DNA of 43,752 nt from Nitrospirota bacterium (GCA_021788025.1 JAJYLE010000003.1:1-43752); one strand, 5' to 3'. Shown: positions 1-9,714, counted from the first letter of the stretch. Notes: generated by a model from the sequence alone, not told the origin. Made by a program: numbers and translations.

Positions 1-52
1 CCGGAAATAAAGGAAAATTTCAAAAAGCTTTGAACATTAAAAAAAGGACTGA

Positions 53-991
53 TTGTTGCACGAAAAAAGCGCAGAGCTTATAAAGAAATTCCTCAGGTAT
101 CTTGAGGTGCAGAAGGGCGCGTCCGCGCACACCTTGCGGGCATATGAGGGCGACCTGGAGGCATTCTTCAACCTGTGGAAGATAGAGCCAAAGGACGTCA
201 CCCTTTCGGAAGTAAGGGCATTCGTGGCGTCAAAAATAACAAAGGGGGCAAAGAAGAGCTCCGTTGCCCGTGAGCTTTCATCCATACGGGCATTCTTCAA
301 ATTTCTTGTGCGGGAGCGATACCTGGAGGCCAATCCGGCCAAGCTGGTGCCGCTGCCGAAGCAGGAAAAAAAACTGCCCTCCTACCTTACCGTGGACGAG
401 GCGTTCGGGCTGGTTGAAAGCCCGGAAGGCGATAACTTCAAGCCTGTAAGGGACAGGGCCGTGCTGGAACTGCTCTATTCAAGCGGCCTGCGCGTCAGCG
501 AGGTTTCCACGCTGGATATTGACGACCTCAATTTCAGCGAGGGGCTCGTGAAAGTGCGCGGCAAGGGGAAAAAAGAGAGGATTGTGCCCGTGGGCGGCAA
601 GGCGCTTGCGGCGCTTAAGCTGTACATGAATGCGCGGTATAAAGTTAGGGCCGGAACGCGCAAAACCAAAAATACGCCGGGGCAGCGGCAATGGAATACG
701 GCGGGCACACCGCTTTTTATAAACAGGCTGGGCGGCAGGCTCACGGAGCGGGCGGTTCGGCGGGCCGTAGTGGAAAACGCGCGGAAATCGCTGCTGGGCA
801 AAAAGGCCTCCCCGCATACATTAAGGCACACGTTTGCCTCGCACCTGCTGCAATCCGGCGCGGACTTGAGGGTGATACAGGAGCTGCTTGGCCATTCCAG
901 CCTCTCCACAACGCAGAGGTATACCCACCTGGACCTTGCCCATCTGATGGAGGTATACGACAAGGCCAACCCGCTTGGGGAAGAGGAATAG
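53..991 (+). CDS. xerC: Tyrosine recombinase XerC
   Basis: N-terminal SAM-like domain (SAHTLRAYEGDL); catalytic set SGLRVSE, KGKKER, HTLRHTFASH, LLGH, TQRYTH; TTG start with AAGGA upstream. Confidence 0.9.
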   Translation: MLHEKSAELIKKFLRYLEVQKGASAHTLRAYEGDLEAFFNLWKIEPKDVTLSEVRAFVASKITKGAKKSSVARELSSIRAFFKFLVRERYLEANPAKLVPLPKQEKKLPSYLTVDEAFGLVESPEGDNFKPVRDRAVLELLYSSGLRVSEVSTLDIDDLNFSEGLVKVRGKGKKERIVPVGGKALAALKLYMNARYKVRAGTRKTKNTPGQRQWNTAGTPLFINRLGGRLTERAVRRAVVENARKSLLGKKASPHTLRHTFASHLLQSGADLRVIQELLGHSSLSTTQRYTHLDLAHLMEVYDKANPLGEEE

Positions 992-1031
992 TTTTATCTA
1001 TCAGCCCCGTTTTTGTTAAACTAAATCTCCC

Positions 1032-1760
1032 ATGGATTTAATGCCCTTTTGCATAAGCGCCAAGACGATACCGGACGCATGGTTCCAGCTTGTATACAAC
1101 CTGTTCGACAGGGCCTACGAGCAGAAGATACAGAAGGGCTCTTTTGAAAACGAGCAGTACAGGCTCCAGTACCCCTCCATGGCAGTGCACATAGAACGCC
1201 CATGGGAAGATATGGTGCCGGTGATGCCGCCCGGCTCGTCCATCCCTGCGCCTACCTCAATGGATTACATCGAGGACTATTTCGCAAATTACCTTATGGA
1301 CCCGCAGCTTGCGGAGAACGAGACATACAGGTATTCCTCCAGGATCCATAACCCGATGCCCAAAGGGGGCACCCAGTTTGAACGTATTATCGGGATGCTG
1401 AAAGAAACCCCGCTAACCAATCAGGCAGTTGTGGAGATAGGCGCCCCAACTGACCTGGACGTTTGCATCGGAAATGACGGCAAGCTGGACCCGCCGTGTT
1501 TACGGCTGCTGGACTTCAAGGCCGTGCCATCTGAAGGGAATAATCTTGTGCTAACCGTTTCCTGCTATTTCCGGTCGTGGGACCTGTGGGCCGGGTTCCC
1601 CACCAACCTTGGCGGGATAGAGCTTTTAAAGCAGTACGCCGCCCAGGAGGCCGGGCTTCAAAACGGCCCCATGTACGCATACAGCGCCGGCGCGCACATT
1701 TACGGCTACCAGGAAGACCTGGCCAGGCTGCGCACGCTCCGGATTAAAAAACCGCAATAG
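1032..1760 (+). CDS. Thymidylate synthase-like protein (divergent, archaeal-type ThyA family)
   Basis: PPCL catalytic Cys; YFRSWDLWAGFPTN matches ThyA RSxDxxxGxPxN; AGAHIY matches the conserved HxY. Confidence 0.8.
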   Translation: MDLMPFCISAKTIPDAWFQLVYNLFDRAYEQKIQKGSFENEQYRLQYPSMAVHIERPWEDMVPVMPPGSSIPAPTSMDYIEDYFANYLMDPQLAENETYRYSSRIHNPMPKGGTQFERIIGMLKETPLTNQAVVEIGAPTDLDVCIGNDGKLDPPCLRLLDFKAVPSEGNNLVLTVSCYFRSWDLWAGFPTNLGGIELLKQYAAQEAGLQNGPMYAYSAGAHIYGYQEDLARLRTLRIKKPQ

Positions 1761-1765
1761 CTTCA

Positions 1766-1789
1766 GTCATTCCGGCTTGCCCGGAATCC
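1766..1789. repeat. REP-like palindrome or terminator hairpin
   Basis: GTC-ATTCCGG-cttgc-CCGGAAT-CC just after the ThyA-like stop: 7-bp perfect stem followed by a pyrimidine-rich tract. Confidence 0.45.
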
Positions 1790-1819
1790 CTCTTTATTTA
1801 GATTTTGCTACACTTTGCC

Positions 1820-2353
1820 ATGGGGTTTGTTATTTGGATAACCGGTTTACCCGGCAGCGGCAAAAGCTCCGTAGCCGAGGAGCTTAAAAAGAAATTACCG
1901 GAGCTGGTAATACTGCGGATGGACGAGATGCGCAAATTCGCCACCCCTGCCCCATCCTACTCCGAAGCGGAAAGAGATGTCATTTATGGCAGTCTGGTTT
2001 TTGCGGCCCGGCAGATATCTTCCCTGGGCCACGGCGTGATAATAGACGCAACAGGCAACCTGCGCAGGTGGCGGGAGCTTGCCAGGCGCACCATACCCAA
2101 TTTTGCGGAGGTATACCTTTACTGCCCTGTTGAGTTATGCATGGAAAGAGAGAGGGGCCGTGCCGGGGCGCACTCTGCGCCCGCTGGCATATACGATAAG
2201 GCAAAGCAGGGCTGGCCGGTTCCTGGCGTTAATGTCCCATACGAGGAACCTGAAAACCCGGAGCTTAAAATAGACACAGGGCGCTTGCCTGTCGAAGAAG
2301 CGGCGGCGCTTGCGGAAGATCTGATTAAAAAACTATCTGATGGCCCCGCTTAA
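1820..2353 (+). CDS. Adenylyl-sulfate kinase-like P-loop kinase (CysC family)
   Basis: VIWITGLPGSGKSS Walker A; C-terminal GVNVPYEEPENPEL resembles APS kinase; ATG 1820 preferred because an extended -10 box (TGcTACACT) lies 5 nt upstream. Confidence 0.7.
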   Translation: MGFVIWITGLPGSGKSSVAEELKKKLPELVILRMDEMRKFATPAPSYSEAERDVIYGSLVFAARQISSLGHGVIIDATGNLRRWRELARRTIPNFAEVYLYCPVELCMERERGRAGAHSAPAGIYDKAKQGWPVPGVNVPYEEPENPELKIDTGRLPVEEAAALAEDLIKKLSDGPA

Positions 2354-3538
2354 ACGCGGGCGGTCCACATGCTCCGCTTTTTTAATCAGTTCGCGCGCCT
2401 GGCCCACCTTTTCCCATATCCCGCACATCATGGCCCCGCGCACTTTGCCGTCTTCCAGGTAATAAACAGTGCCGGTCTCATTCTCCTTTGTCCAGTCAGC
2501 GTATGTTTCAAGCCTGGCGTCCACATCGCCTACGGCTTCGTATCCAAACTCGAACAGATCGGAGAAGAAGTACGGCATGTAATCGTAACGCTCATGCGCG
2601 CCAGCCATATTTCTGCCGGCCTGCTTTCCCTGGTTAAGCGCGTTGTCCCAATGCTCCAGGCGCATCCTTTTGCCAAGGGCCGTGTAAGGGAAATTGGCGA
2701 TATCTCCGGCAGCGTATATGCCCGGGCTGGAGGTTTCCAGGTATTCATTAACCAAAATTCCGTTTTCGATGCCCAGGGATGCGCTTTCGGCCAAACCGGT
2801 CTCGGGTGTTATCCCGATACCGGCAATCACGATTTCAGAATTTATGAGCCTGCCCTTGCCGGTGCGTACCGCAAAACCTTTCCCTTTTTTCTCAATCGAT
2901 GCGGGAGTGTCCCTGTTTATTATATTTACTCCCCGCTTCATGAATTCCTGCTGCACGGCATTGCCAAGGTAATCTGGAAACACCCGGTCCACAATATAAT
3001 CACCAGGGAAAAGCATGGTCACATTTACGCCATTAACAGAGAGAGCGGCAGCAATCTCCGAGCCGATAAACCCTCCGCCGATCACCGTTGCGCTGGCCCC
3101 CTGCACGCTCTTTTGCCTTGTGGCAAGATAATCATCCAGCGTCCTGAAGTAGCACACGCCTTCCAGTTCACCACCAGGGATGGAGAGCCTTCGCGGGATG
3201 CCGCCAGCAGCTATCAGGAGTTTTTTGTAAGAATAGGCTTCCCCCTTCTCATCCGTTACCGTTTTTTCCCGCGCGTTTATAGAAACAATTTTTCTGCCTA
3301 CAATAAGGCTTACGCCATTGTCATCATAATACTGCCGGTCCTTTATGAATATATCCTCAACTTTTTTCTTGCCGAACCACAGTTTTTTTGTAAGCGGTGG
3401 CCTGTCATATGGAAGCTGCCGCTCCGCCCCGGCAAGGAGGACAGGACCGTTTTTGTCTATTTCTCTAATGCCCGCCACGGCCGACGCCCCCGCCAATCCG
3501 CCGCCTATTATGATGTACTCATATGCCCTTGCAGCCAT
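2333..3538 (-). CDS. FAD/NAD(P)-dependent oxidoreductase (ferredoxin reductase / pyridine nucleotide-disulfide family)
   Basis: IIGGGLAG FAD motif, PYDRPPLTK, IGGGFIGSE NAD motif, IYAAGD, EHWDNA, PYFFSD. Confidence 0.88.
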   Translation of the reverse strand: MAARAYEYIIIGGGLAGASAVAGIREIDKNGPVLLAGAERQLPYDRPPLTKKLWFGKKKVEDIFIKDRQYYDDNGVSLIVGRKIVSINAREKTVTDEKGEAYSYKKLLIAAGGIPRRLSIPGGELEGVCYFRTLDDYLATRQKSVQGASATVIGGGFIGSEIAAALSVNGVNVTMLFPGDYIVDRVFPDYLGNAVQQEFMKRGVNIINRDTPASIEKKGKGFAVRTGKGRLINSEIVIAGIGITPETGLAESASLGIENGILVNEYLETSSPGIYAAGDIANFPYTALGKRMRLEHWDNALNQGKQAGRNMAGAHERYDYMPYFFSDLFEFGYEAVGDVDARLETYADWTKENETGTVYYLEDGKVRGAMMCGIWEKVGQARELIKKAEHVDRPRLSGAIR

Positions 3539-3705
3539 ATCGCACCCCCTTATAAAAATCCTTATGCAATTGTATCAGTTTTGAAATCGTTTAAAAGCGT
3601 CCGGGCTTTTTCCCTTCAAATGATCTGATTAATTTTTTGGACCTTTTTTGCCTGGCGGCATGATGGGAATTGCCGCGCCCATAGCATAATCGGTTAAAAT
3701 GTCAG

Positions 3706-5439
3706 ATGCCTTCAATCAGGGTGCTTCCGCCGGAGATAAGAGACAGGCTCAGGGCCGGAGAGGTCATAGAGCGGCCGGTCTCAGCGCTTAAAGAGCTCCT
3801 GGAAAACTCCATAGATGCCGGGGCCACCCGCATAAGGGTGGACATCTCCGGCGGCGGGAAACGGCTTCTCAGGGTCTGGGACGACGGCTGCGGCATGGCC
3901 CCGGAAGATGCCATCCTGAGCCTGGAAAGGCATGCCACCAGCAAGATATCAGACTCGGAGGAACTGGATTGCATCAGAACGCTTGGCTTCAGGGGAGAGG
4001 CGCTGCCATCAATTGCGCTTGTAAGCCGGTTCAGGCTGGATACCGCCCTGCGGGGCTCCAGCGAGGGCGTAAGCATAGAGGCCGAAGGCGGACAGGTGAT
4101 ATCCAACAGGCCATCCGCTGCATCGGGCACCGCCATAGAGGTAAATGACCTTTTTTTCAACACTCCGGCCAGAAAGAATTTCCTGAAATCCGATGCCGCC
4201 GAGAACGCCAGGATGCTGGACATGATTACAAAATACGCCCTGGCGCATCCGGCAATAGGTTTTACCGCGTTTGCCGATGGTAAGGAGAATATGGCTTTCC
4301 CCCCGGCCGCCGATGAAAGGGAAAGGCTGTCACAGATATACGGCGCGGAATTCCTTGATGGGCTTCACGACCTGCAGGCAAAAACAAAGGGGATTTCGCT
4401 AAGGCTTTTCTTGTCCAAAGAGGGCAACTGGCGGGCAAGCCGCTCCGGCCAGTTCCTTTTCATAAATGGAAGGCCGGTAAAAGACAACTCGCTTACGTAC
4501 GCGGTATATGCGGCGCATACAGGGCTGATGGCCGGAAAGCACCCGGTCTTTTTTATCTTCCTTTCGGTGGACCCGGCCCTCATAGATGTAAACGTGCATC
4601 CAAGGAAAGAGGAGATACGCTTCAGGGACAAAGACGCGGCGTACAGGTTTTTAATGCGGTCTGCCAGGGACGCGCTTGCTTCAGGCGCTTCCTCCACGGT
4701 TATCGGAAGGGCACGGGAAGCAGTATGGATATCGTCTTCACCCGGAAGCGGCACGGCAGACAGATTACCGGGGACTTCTGGCATCCAGACCACAGGGAAT
4801 GCAGGTGCTGATTATCTTAAGGCGTCCGAAGCGCCAGCTGCATTGCCACTTATGTCCGGACAAAAGATGCAGCGCGGATATATCCATCTGGGGGGGGCTT
4901 TTTCAGCATGGTCCGAGGGAGACGGCGTTACGATTATAGACCGGCACGCCTGCCATGAGCGCGTGCTTTATGAGAGGCTGTTAAAAAGCGGTCCAAATGC
5001 GCCTGGCAATCTCCTATTCCCGCTTCGGATAGGGCTTGCCCCGCGTGAATACGCCGTGGTCACGGCGAACCTGCCGCTCCTTAACGAACTGGATATCGAG
5101 GCCGAGGACTTCGGCGCTGGCAGCGTGCTTCTGCGGGCCGTTCCCGCCAGTCTGGCCGGCTCGCCGCTTTCAGCTTCCGAGTGGGGCGGTATCTTGTCAG
5201 ACCTTGCCCATGAAATAGACGAGAGGGGCAGCGCGGAGCCGGCGATAAAAAAGGCAGTTGCGGCCAGGCTTGCCTGCCACAGTTCCGTCCGCGGCGCCGA
5301 AGAGCTTTCTAGCGCAGAACTGGATAAGCTTCTTGAAAGCCTGTTTTCCTGTGAGGACCCGTATCATTGCCCGCACGGAAGGCCCACGCTTATCAAGCTT
5401 GGCAAAGAGGACCTTGAAAAGATGTTCAGGCGCAAATAG
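3706..5439 (+). CDS. mutL: DNA mismatch repair endonuclease MutL
   Basis: AGEVIERP, KELLENSIDAG, RHATSKI, GFRGEAL, DVNVHP; C-terminal endonuclease motifs DRHACHERVLYE, ACH, CPHGRP. Confidence 0.95.
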   Translation: MPSIRVLPPEIRDRLRAGEVIERPVSALKELLENSIDAGATRIRVDISGGGKRLLRVWDDGCGMAPEDAILSLERHATSKISDSEELDCIRTLGFRGEALPSIALVSRFRLDTALRGSSEGVSIEAEGGQVISNRPSAASGTAIEVNDLFFNTPARKNFLKSDAAENARMLDMITKYALAHPAIGFTAFADGKENMAFPPAADERERLSQIYGAEFLDGLHDLQAKTKGISLRLFLSKEGNWRASRSGQFLFINGRPVKDNSLTYAVYAAHTGLMAGKHPVFFIFLSVDPALIDVNVHPRKEEIRFRDKDAAYRFLMRSARDALASGASSTVIGRAREAVWISSSPGSGTADRLPGTSGIQTTGNAGADYLKASEAPAALPLMSGQKMQRGYIHLGGAFSAWSEGDGVTIIDRHACHERVLYERLLKSGPNAPGNLLFPLRIGLAPREYAVVTANLPLLNELDIEAEDFGAGSVLLRAVPASLAGSPLSASEWGGILSDLAHEIDERGSAEPAIKKAVAARLACHSSVRGAEELSSAELDKLLESLFSCEDPYHCPHGRPTLIKLGKEDLEKMFRRK

Positions 5440-6561
5440 ATGCCAGAGACGGTTTACATAAGAAAAGCATCTTACGACTACGCCCGGCTGGAACCGGTTG
5501 TATTCGAGCTGCTGGAAGACACGCTTGCCGGCCGTATAACGCCCGGAATGAATGTGATTTTAAAACCAAACCTCCTTGCTCCGGTTGCGCCCCAAACAGC
5601 CATTGCAACACATCCCCTTATTGTGAGGGCCGCGGCAGGATACGTGCTTTCAAAGGGTGGCAGGGTAACCATCTCGGACAGCCCGGCTATCGGCTCCTTT
5701 GAAAGGGTAATCAGCGCAACCGGACTTAAGGAGGCCCTGAGCGGCCTGAATGTGGATTTCCGCCAATTCAGTACATCGGCAGAGGTAAGCTCCGACGGGC
5801 CGTTTAAAAGGCTGGAGCTTGCCAGAGAGGCGCTTGAGGCCGGGCTTGTAATAAATCTGCCGAAACTGAAAACCCATACGCAGATGACGCTTACTGCCGG
5901 GGTGAAAAACCTCTTCGGGTGCGTAGTTGGGATGAAGAAGCCGCAATGGCACTTCCGCACCGGTGTGGACAGGCAGATGTTTGCCATGCTGCTTCTGGAG
6001 ATTTACAAGGCAATCTCGCCAGCGGCCACCCTTGTTGACGGGATAATGGCAATGGAAGGGCATGGCCCCGGCAAAAGCGGCACTCCGCGCCAGTTGGGGG
6101 TGCTTCTGGCCTCCAAAGATGCCGTCCGCCTGGACTGGGCCATAGCAAAAATGCTTGGGCTGGACCCGGAAATTGTCCCTACCTGCAAGGCCGCAAGGGA
6201 GGCAGGGCTTGTCCCCGAAGATTTTATTGTAACCGGAGATGTCACGGCGGACACTTTACTGGCGGCAGATTTCAAGGTCCCGGATCCGGAGGGGCTTGTT
6301 TTTGGCCCTGGGCCGATGAAGGGATTTTTACGGAAACATCTTGTCAAGCAGCCTGTTGAGGACCCAGGCCTCTGCAAGCTTTGCGGCGAATGCTGGAAAT
6401 ACTGCCCGGCCCACGCACTTGAGAAAAAAGGGCGCAGGCTTTCCTTTGACTACGATAAATGCGTAAGATGTTACTGCTGCCTGGAGGTATGCCCGCAGGG
6501 GGCCATCTCCGCCAGACATACCCTGTTGGGGCGATTGATAGGAAAGTTATTCGGCAAATGA
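5440..6561 (+). CDS. DUF362 domain protein with C-terminal 2x[4Fe-4S] ferredoxin domain
   Basis: ILKPNLL, THP, INLPKLKTH, GVKNLFGC, DGIMAMEGHGP; CKLCGECWKYCP and CVRCYCCLEVCP. Confidence 0.88.
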   Translation: MPETVYIRKASYDYARLEPVVFELLEDTLAGRITPGMNVILKPNLLAPVAPQTAIATHPLIVRAAAGYVLSKGGRVTISDSPAIGSFERVISATGLKEALSGLNVDFRQFSTSAEVSSDGPFKRLELAREALEAGLVINLPKLKTHTQMTLTAGVKNLFGCVVGMKKPQWHFRTGVDRQMFAMLLLEIYKAISPAATLVDGIMAMEGHGPGKSGTPRQLGVLLASKDAVRLDWAIAKMLGLDPEIVPTCKAAREAGLVPEDFIVTGDVTADTLLAADFKVPDPEGLVFGPGPMKGFLRKHLVKQPVEDPGLCKLCGECWKYCPAHALEKKGRRLSFDYDKCVRCYCCLEVCPQGAISARHTLLGRLIGKLFGK

Positions 6562-8567
6562 AAGAGGCGGGCGGTCTGGACAGACATAAAAGCGGTGACG
6601 GGCCTTCTTCAGAAAAACTGTATTTAAGCAATCTGGCAGTCCTTTTTGCCGGTTTCATATTTGGCCTGGCTGCGGCATATGCCTTTAATTCTATGGGGAT
6701 TAATCCGTCAGGCAGCCTTGAAGAGGCAAGGAGGCTGGGGATAGCCAGCGCAACTACACTCAGGGGCTATTCCAAAACAAAGGATGTTTTGACGTATGTC
6801 TCGGTTTTTGGCTTTCCCGTCCTGTTTTCATGTGTATTCTGGCTGCTATGGGCAAACACCGGCAGGCGGGCTGGCCTTGCCAGGATTTTAGAAGAAAAGG
6901 AAAGCGGCGGGCAGGATGTTTTTGGCGCGCACGGGGAACACCGCTGGTTCTGGCGGCTTGCCCTGCCGGCCATGATAGCCATCTATTTTTTCTATTTCAA
7001 ACTGATCATTTTCTATCACAGCCCGATTAACAACTGGCAATTCACCAATTGGCGCTTTCAGGGTGAGGAAGGCGTGGTGCTGGCATGGGCGCAGCAGATA
7101 CTTAAGGGACGGGTTTACGGCAGGGACTTTCTCTCTCCGTATGGCCCGATGCTGCTGTATCCAGTTGCATGGCTGATGAAGCTGACCGGCCCCTCCGTAA
7201 TCATGCCCCGGGTGTACACGTTCTTTCTTGATTTTGCCGCGTACGCCATCACCATAGTTTTCCTGCACCGGACAGTAAAGTCCAGGGCGGTCTTCATCTT
7301 TGCATCTCTTATGACATTTGTCATATTATTCTCGTTCGACCCGTTTTCCGTAAACAGGACTTTCCTGCGCTTTACTCTTGGATTGCTCCCGATTTTGCTG
7401 GCCTATATCTATATTGAATCCGGTAAGAAAATATTCCCGTTTCTTGCCGGGCTGGTTGCAGGCCAAAGCCTGCTTTTCAGCCAGGAGGCAGGCATCTGTT
7501 CCGTTCTGGCCGTGGCAGCCGCATTTGCGCTTTCTTTCATAAAAGACCGCCGCGCCGGCGGTTCTGGCCGTGGCAGCCTGGCCGCCGCGGGATGGTTTGC
7601 GCTTTTTACGGTTGTATCCGTTGCTCCAATGCTCGTGTATTTTTCCGCAAACGGCGGCCTTGGCACTTTTTTCAGCGCCATAACCCTTTTTCCAAGGCTC
7701 TTTGCAATCGGCTTCGGGGATATTCCGTTTACCGATTTCGCCAATTTTGTGCGCCATCCATTTTCAGGCGGGCTGCTTGCGTTCTGGGCGATACTGATAT
7801 ACGCCCTCACAGCCGTATGCCTGTTGCCTTTTCTGGTCCTAGGTTTCAATAAACGGCATATCCTGATGGCTTCCGTGCTGGCATTCGGTGCCTTGCTTTA
7901 CCGTTCCGCCCTTGGCAGGTCCGACTTCCTGCATGTTTTAAATGCCGCGCACCCGGCCTTTCTGCTGGCATTTCTTTTCATGGATGATGTGGTGTGCCGT
8001 ATTTCATGGGACGCGCCGGGGTACAGGAAGGCCGCCGGCGGCGTGATGCTGGCCGGGCTATTGGCGTCCATGGGGTTGCTTATGTCCAGACCTTGGTTTG
8101 TAAGCATGGCGGAAGAATCCGCCAAATCTGTTTTCAATGACAGCAGATTTTCCGTGGGGGGCGGGTACACGCTAACCGGCATAGAACGCGCAGGGGACAG
8201 CAGGTGGGACAGAGGGCTTGCCGAATCGATTGCGGAGGTGCAGGAGTTTCTTCAGCAGAACCTTAAGCCCGGCGACCAGGTCTATTTTTTCCCTAACGAC
8301 GCCGCCTTTTATTTCCTGTTCAATCTGGATTGCCCCGTCAAGCACGTGATAGCGTTTAACGCGGCCACCAGTGCCCAGAGGGCAGAACTCATTTCGGACC
8401 TGGAGAAGAACAGGCCCGAATTCCTTGTTTACGACAAAACGACATACCGGGTGGACAAAATCCCTGAGACCGTTTATGCGCCGGAGGTAGTTCAGTACCT
8501 CAACAGCAAGTACAGGCCCGTGGCCGAAACGAAGGACTTCATATTTGCAAGGCGTATTGCCCCTTAA
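6558..8567 (+). CDS. Polytopic membrane protein, probable GT-C fold glycosyltransferase
   Basis: Many hydrophobic segments; first-loop GEEG followed by YGRDF and PYGP; soluble C-terminal domain. Start taken at ATG 6558 (ATGA overlap with the upstream stop). Confidence 0.6.
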   Translation: MKEAGGLDRHKSGDGPSSEKLYLSNLAVLFAGFIFGLAAAYAFNSMGINPSGSLEEARRLGIASATTLRGYSKTKDVLTYVSVFGFPVLFSCVFWLLWANTGRRAGLARILEEKESGGQDVFGAHGEHRWFWRLALPAMIAIYFFYFKLIIFYHSPINNWQFTNWRFQGEEGVVLAWAQQILKGRVYGRDFLSPYGPMLLYPVAWLMKLTGPSVIMPRVYTFFLDFAAYAITIVFLHRTVKSRAVFIFASLMTFVILFSFDPFSVNRTFLRFTLGLLPILLAYIYIESGKKIFPFLAGLVAGQSLLFSQEAGICSVLAVAAAFALSFIKDRRAGGSGRGSLAAAGWFALFTVVSVAPMLVYFSANGGLGTFFSAITLFPRLFAIGFGDIPFTDFANFVRHPFSGGLLAFWAILIYALTAVCLLPFLVLGFNKRHILMASVLAFGALLYRSALGRSDFLHVLNAAHPAFLLAFLFMDDVVCRISWDAPGYRKAAGGVMLAGLLASMGLLMSRPWFVSMAEESAKSVFNDSRFSVGGGYTLTGIERAGDSRWDRGLAESIAEVQEFLQQNLKPGDQVYFFPNDAAFYFLFNLDCPVKHVIAFNAATSAQRAELISDLEKNRPEFLVYDKTTYRVDKIPETVYAPEVVQYLNSKYRPVAETKDFIFARRIAP

Positions 8568-8579
8568 GCGGGGCCGCCG

Positions 8580-9026
8580 CTATTTCTTGGCTTTCTTCAA
8601 TTTTGTCCGCTTCACAACGGTTATTATCGAAAGGGCCTTCCCGCCGTAGACATTCCGCTCTATCGTAATATAGTTTTGCGGTGCTTTTGGAGTGCCGCGG
8701 ACAATTATGTAGTACATGAAATCTTTTCCGTTTTTTTGCCGGATTAGTTTTTTCCTGAGCCTTCTTTTGTAATAAATGGCCACCTTGGCCGGCTTGTCCA
8801 AGGACTCAAATACATACATCTTCTGCCCCGGCTGGCTGAGCGCGCCAAGATGCTCCAGATATTTTGCGCCTGGATATATGGGCGCACCCATCTCCATGGC
8901 CAATTTGGCCTGGGAGTTATTAGCGGAAGCGACGGGCCGGGATTTCTGGGCGGCAGGGGCAATCGCGGCCATCAAAACGAAGACTGCGATGAATACAACT
9001 GTAAGGGCCGGTGTTCTTTTAAGCAT
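8580..9026 (-). CDS. Hypothetical exported basic protein
   Basis: SD TAAGGAG; signal peptide-like N-terminus (MLKRTPALTVVFIAVFVLMAAIAPAA); PIYPGAK motif; Lys-rich C-terminus. Confidence 0.7.
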   Translation of the reverse strand: MLKRTPALTVVFIAVFVLMAAIAPAAQKSRPVASANNSQAKLAMEMGAPIYPGAKYLEHLGALSQPGQKMYVFESLDKPAKVAIYYKRRLRKKLIRQKNGKDFMYYIIVRGTPKAPQNYITIERNVYGGKALSIITVVKRTKLKKAKK

Positions 9027-9059
9027 CGGTGTCTCCTTATGTTTTTGAATTTTGGTTTT

Positions 9060-9401
9060 TTAGAGGGGCCGGTTGGATTCGTCCACTTTGACGATAACAG
9101 GCTTGAAACCGGCCAGCTCGCCCTCTGAGAGGTACACGTAGCTGAAAATGATCACCCGGTCTCCCACCAGCCCTTTGCGCGCGGTAGGCCCGTTCAGGCA
9201 AATTTCGCCGGGTCCGCCGGGAATGACATATGTCTCGAACCGCTCACCGTTTGAGAGATTGCTGACATGCACCTGCTCATAAGGCATTATGCCGGTTTTG
9301 TCCAGCAGGGCGGAATCTATAGTGATGCTGCCCTCGTAATGCAGGTTGGATTCCGTAACACGGGCCATATGCAGCTTTGCTTTAAGAAAACACCTGAGCA
9401 T
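9060..9401 (-). CDS. panD: Aspartate 1-decarboxylase
   Basis: KAKLH, YEGSITID autocleavage site, NGERFETY, ICLNGPTAR. Confidence 0.95.
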   Translation of the reverse strand: MLRCFLKAKLHMARVTESNLHYEGSITIDSALLDKTGIMPYEQVHVSNLSNGERFETYVIPGGPGEICLNGPTARKGLVGDRVIIFSYVYLSEGELAGFKPVIVKVDESNRPL

Positions 9402-9404
9402 TTT

Positions 9405-9692
9405 TTACTCTATTATCTTGGGTACTCTGTAAAAACCGTCTTTAGGATCGGGGGCGTTTGCAAGCGCCTCCTCGTTGGGCATGGAAGGGGAATTCTTGTC
9501 CGGCCTGGTTACATTGGAAAGATCCAGGACGTGCGACGTAGGCGGCACATCCTTTGTGTCCGCCTCATTTAGCTTGTTCACGTATTCAAGTATTCCAGCA
9601 AGCTGGGCGCTGTACGTTTCAAGTTCCCCGGCCGTGAGGGCCAGCCTTGAAAGCCTCGCTACCTTTTCTGCGTCTTTTATTTTGATGCCCAT
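9405..9692 (-). CDS. gatC: Asp/Glu-tRNA amidotransferase subunit C
   Basis: VARLSRL, ILEYVNKLNE, PTSHV, ALANAP, FYRVPKIIE. Confidence 0.95.
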   Translation of the reverse strand: MGIKIKDAEKVARLSRLALTAGELETYSAQLAGILEYVNKLNEADTKDVPPTSHVLDLSNVTRPDKNSPSMPNEEALANAPDPKDGFYRVPKIIE

Positions 9693-9714
9693 CGGTCTGC
9701 CTTCCTGCTTGCTG

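Noticed and set aside
1-33. Possible 3' end of an upstream CDS (PEIKENFKKL-stop)
   Set aside because: Too short to support or identify.
53-1760. Tyrosine recombinase plus ThyA-like gene as a prophage or island boundary
   Set aside because: The recombinase has chromosomal XerC features, and no phage, att or mobility genes follow.
2369-3628. 419-aa ORF on the + strand
   Set aside because: Antisense shadow of the FAD oxidoreductase; no recognisable motifs.
6459-6557. Longer start for the membrane protein
   Set aside because: Overlaps the ferredoxin domain of the upstream gene; the ATGA-coupled start at 6558 is more plausible.
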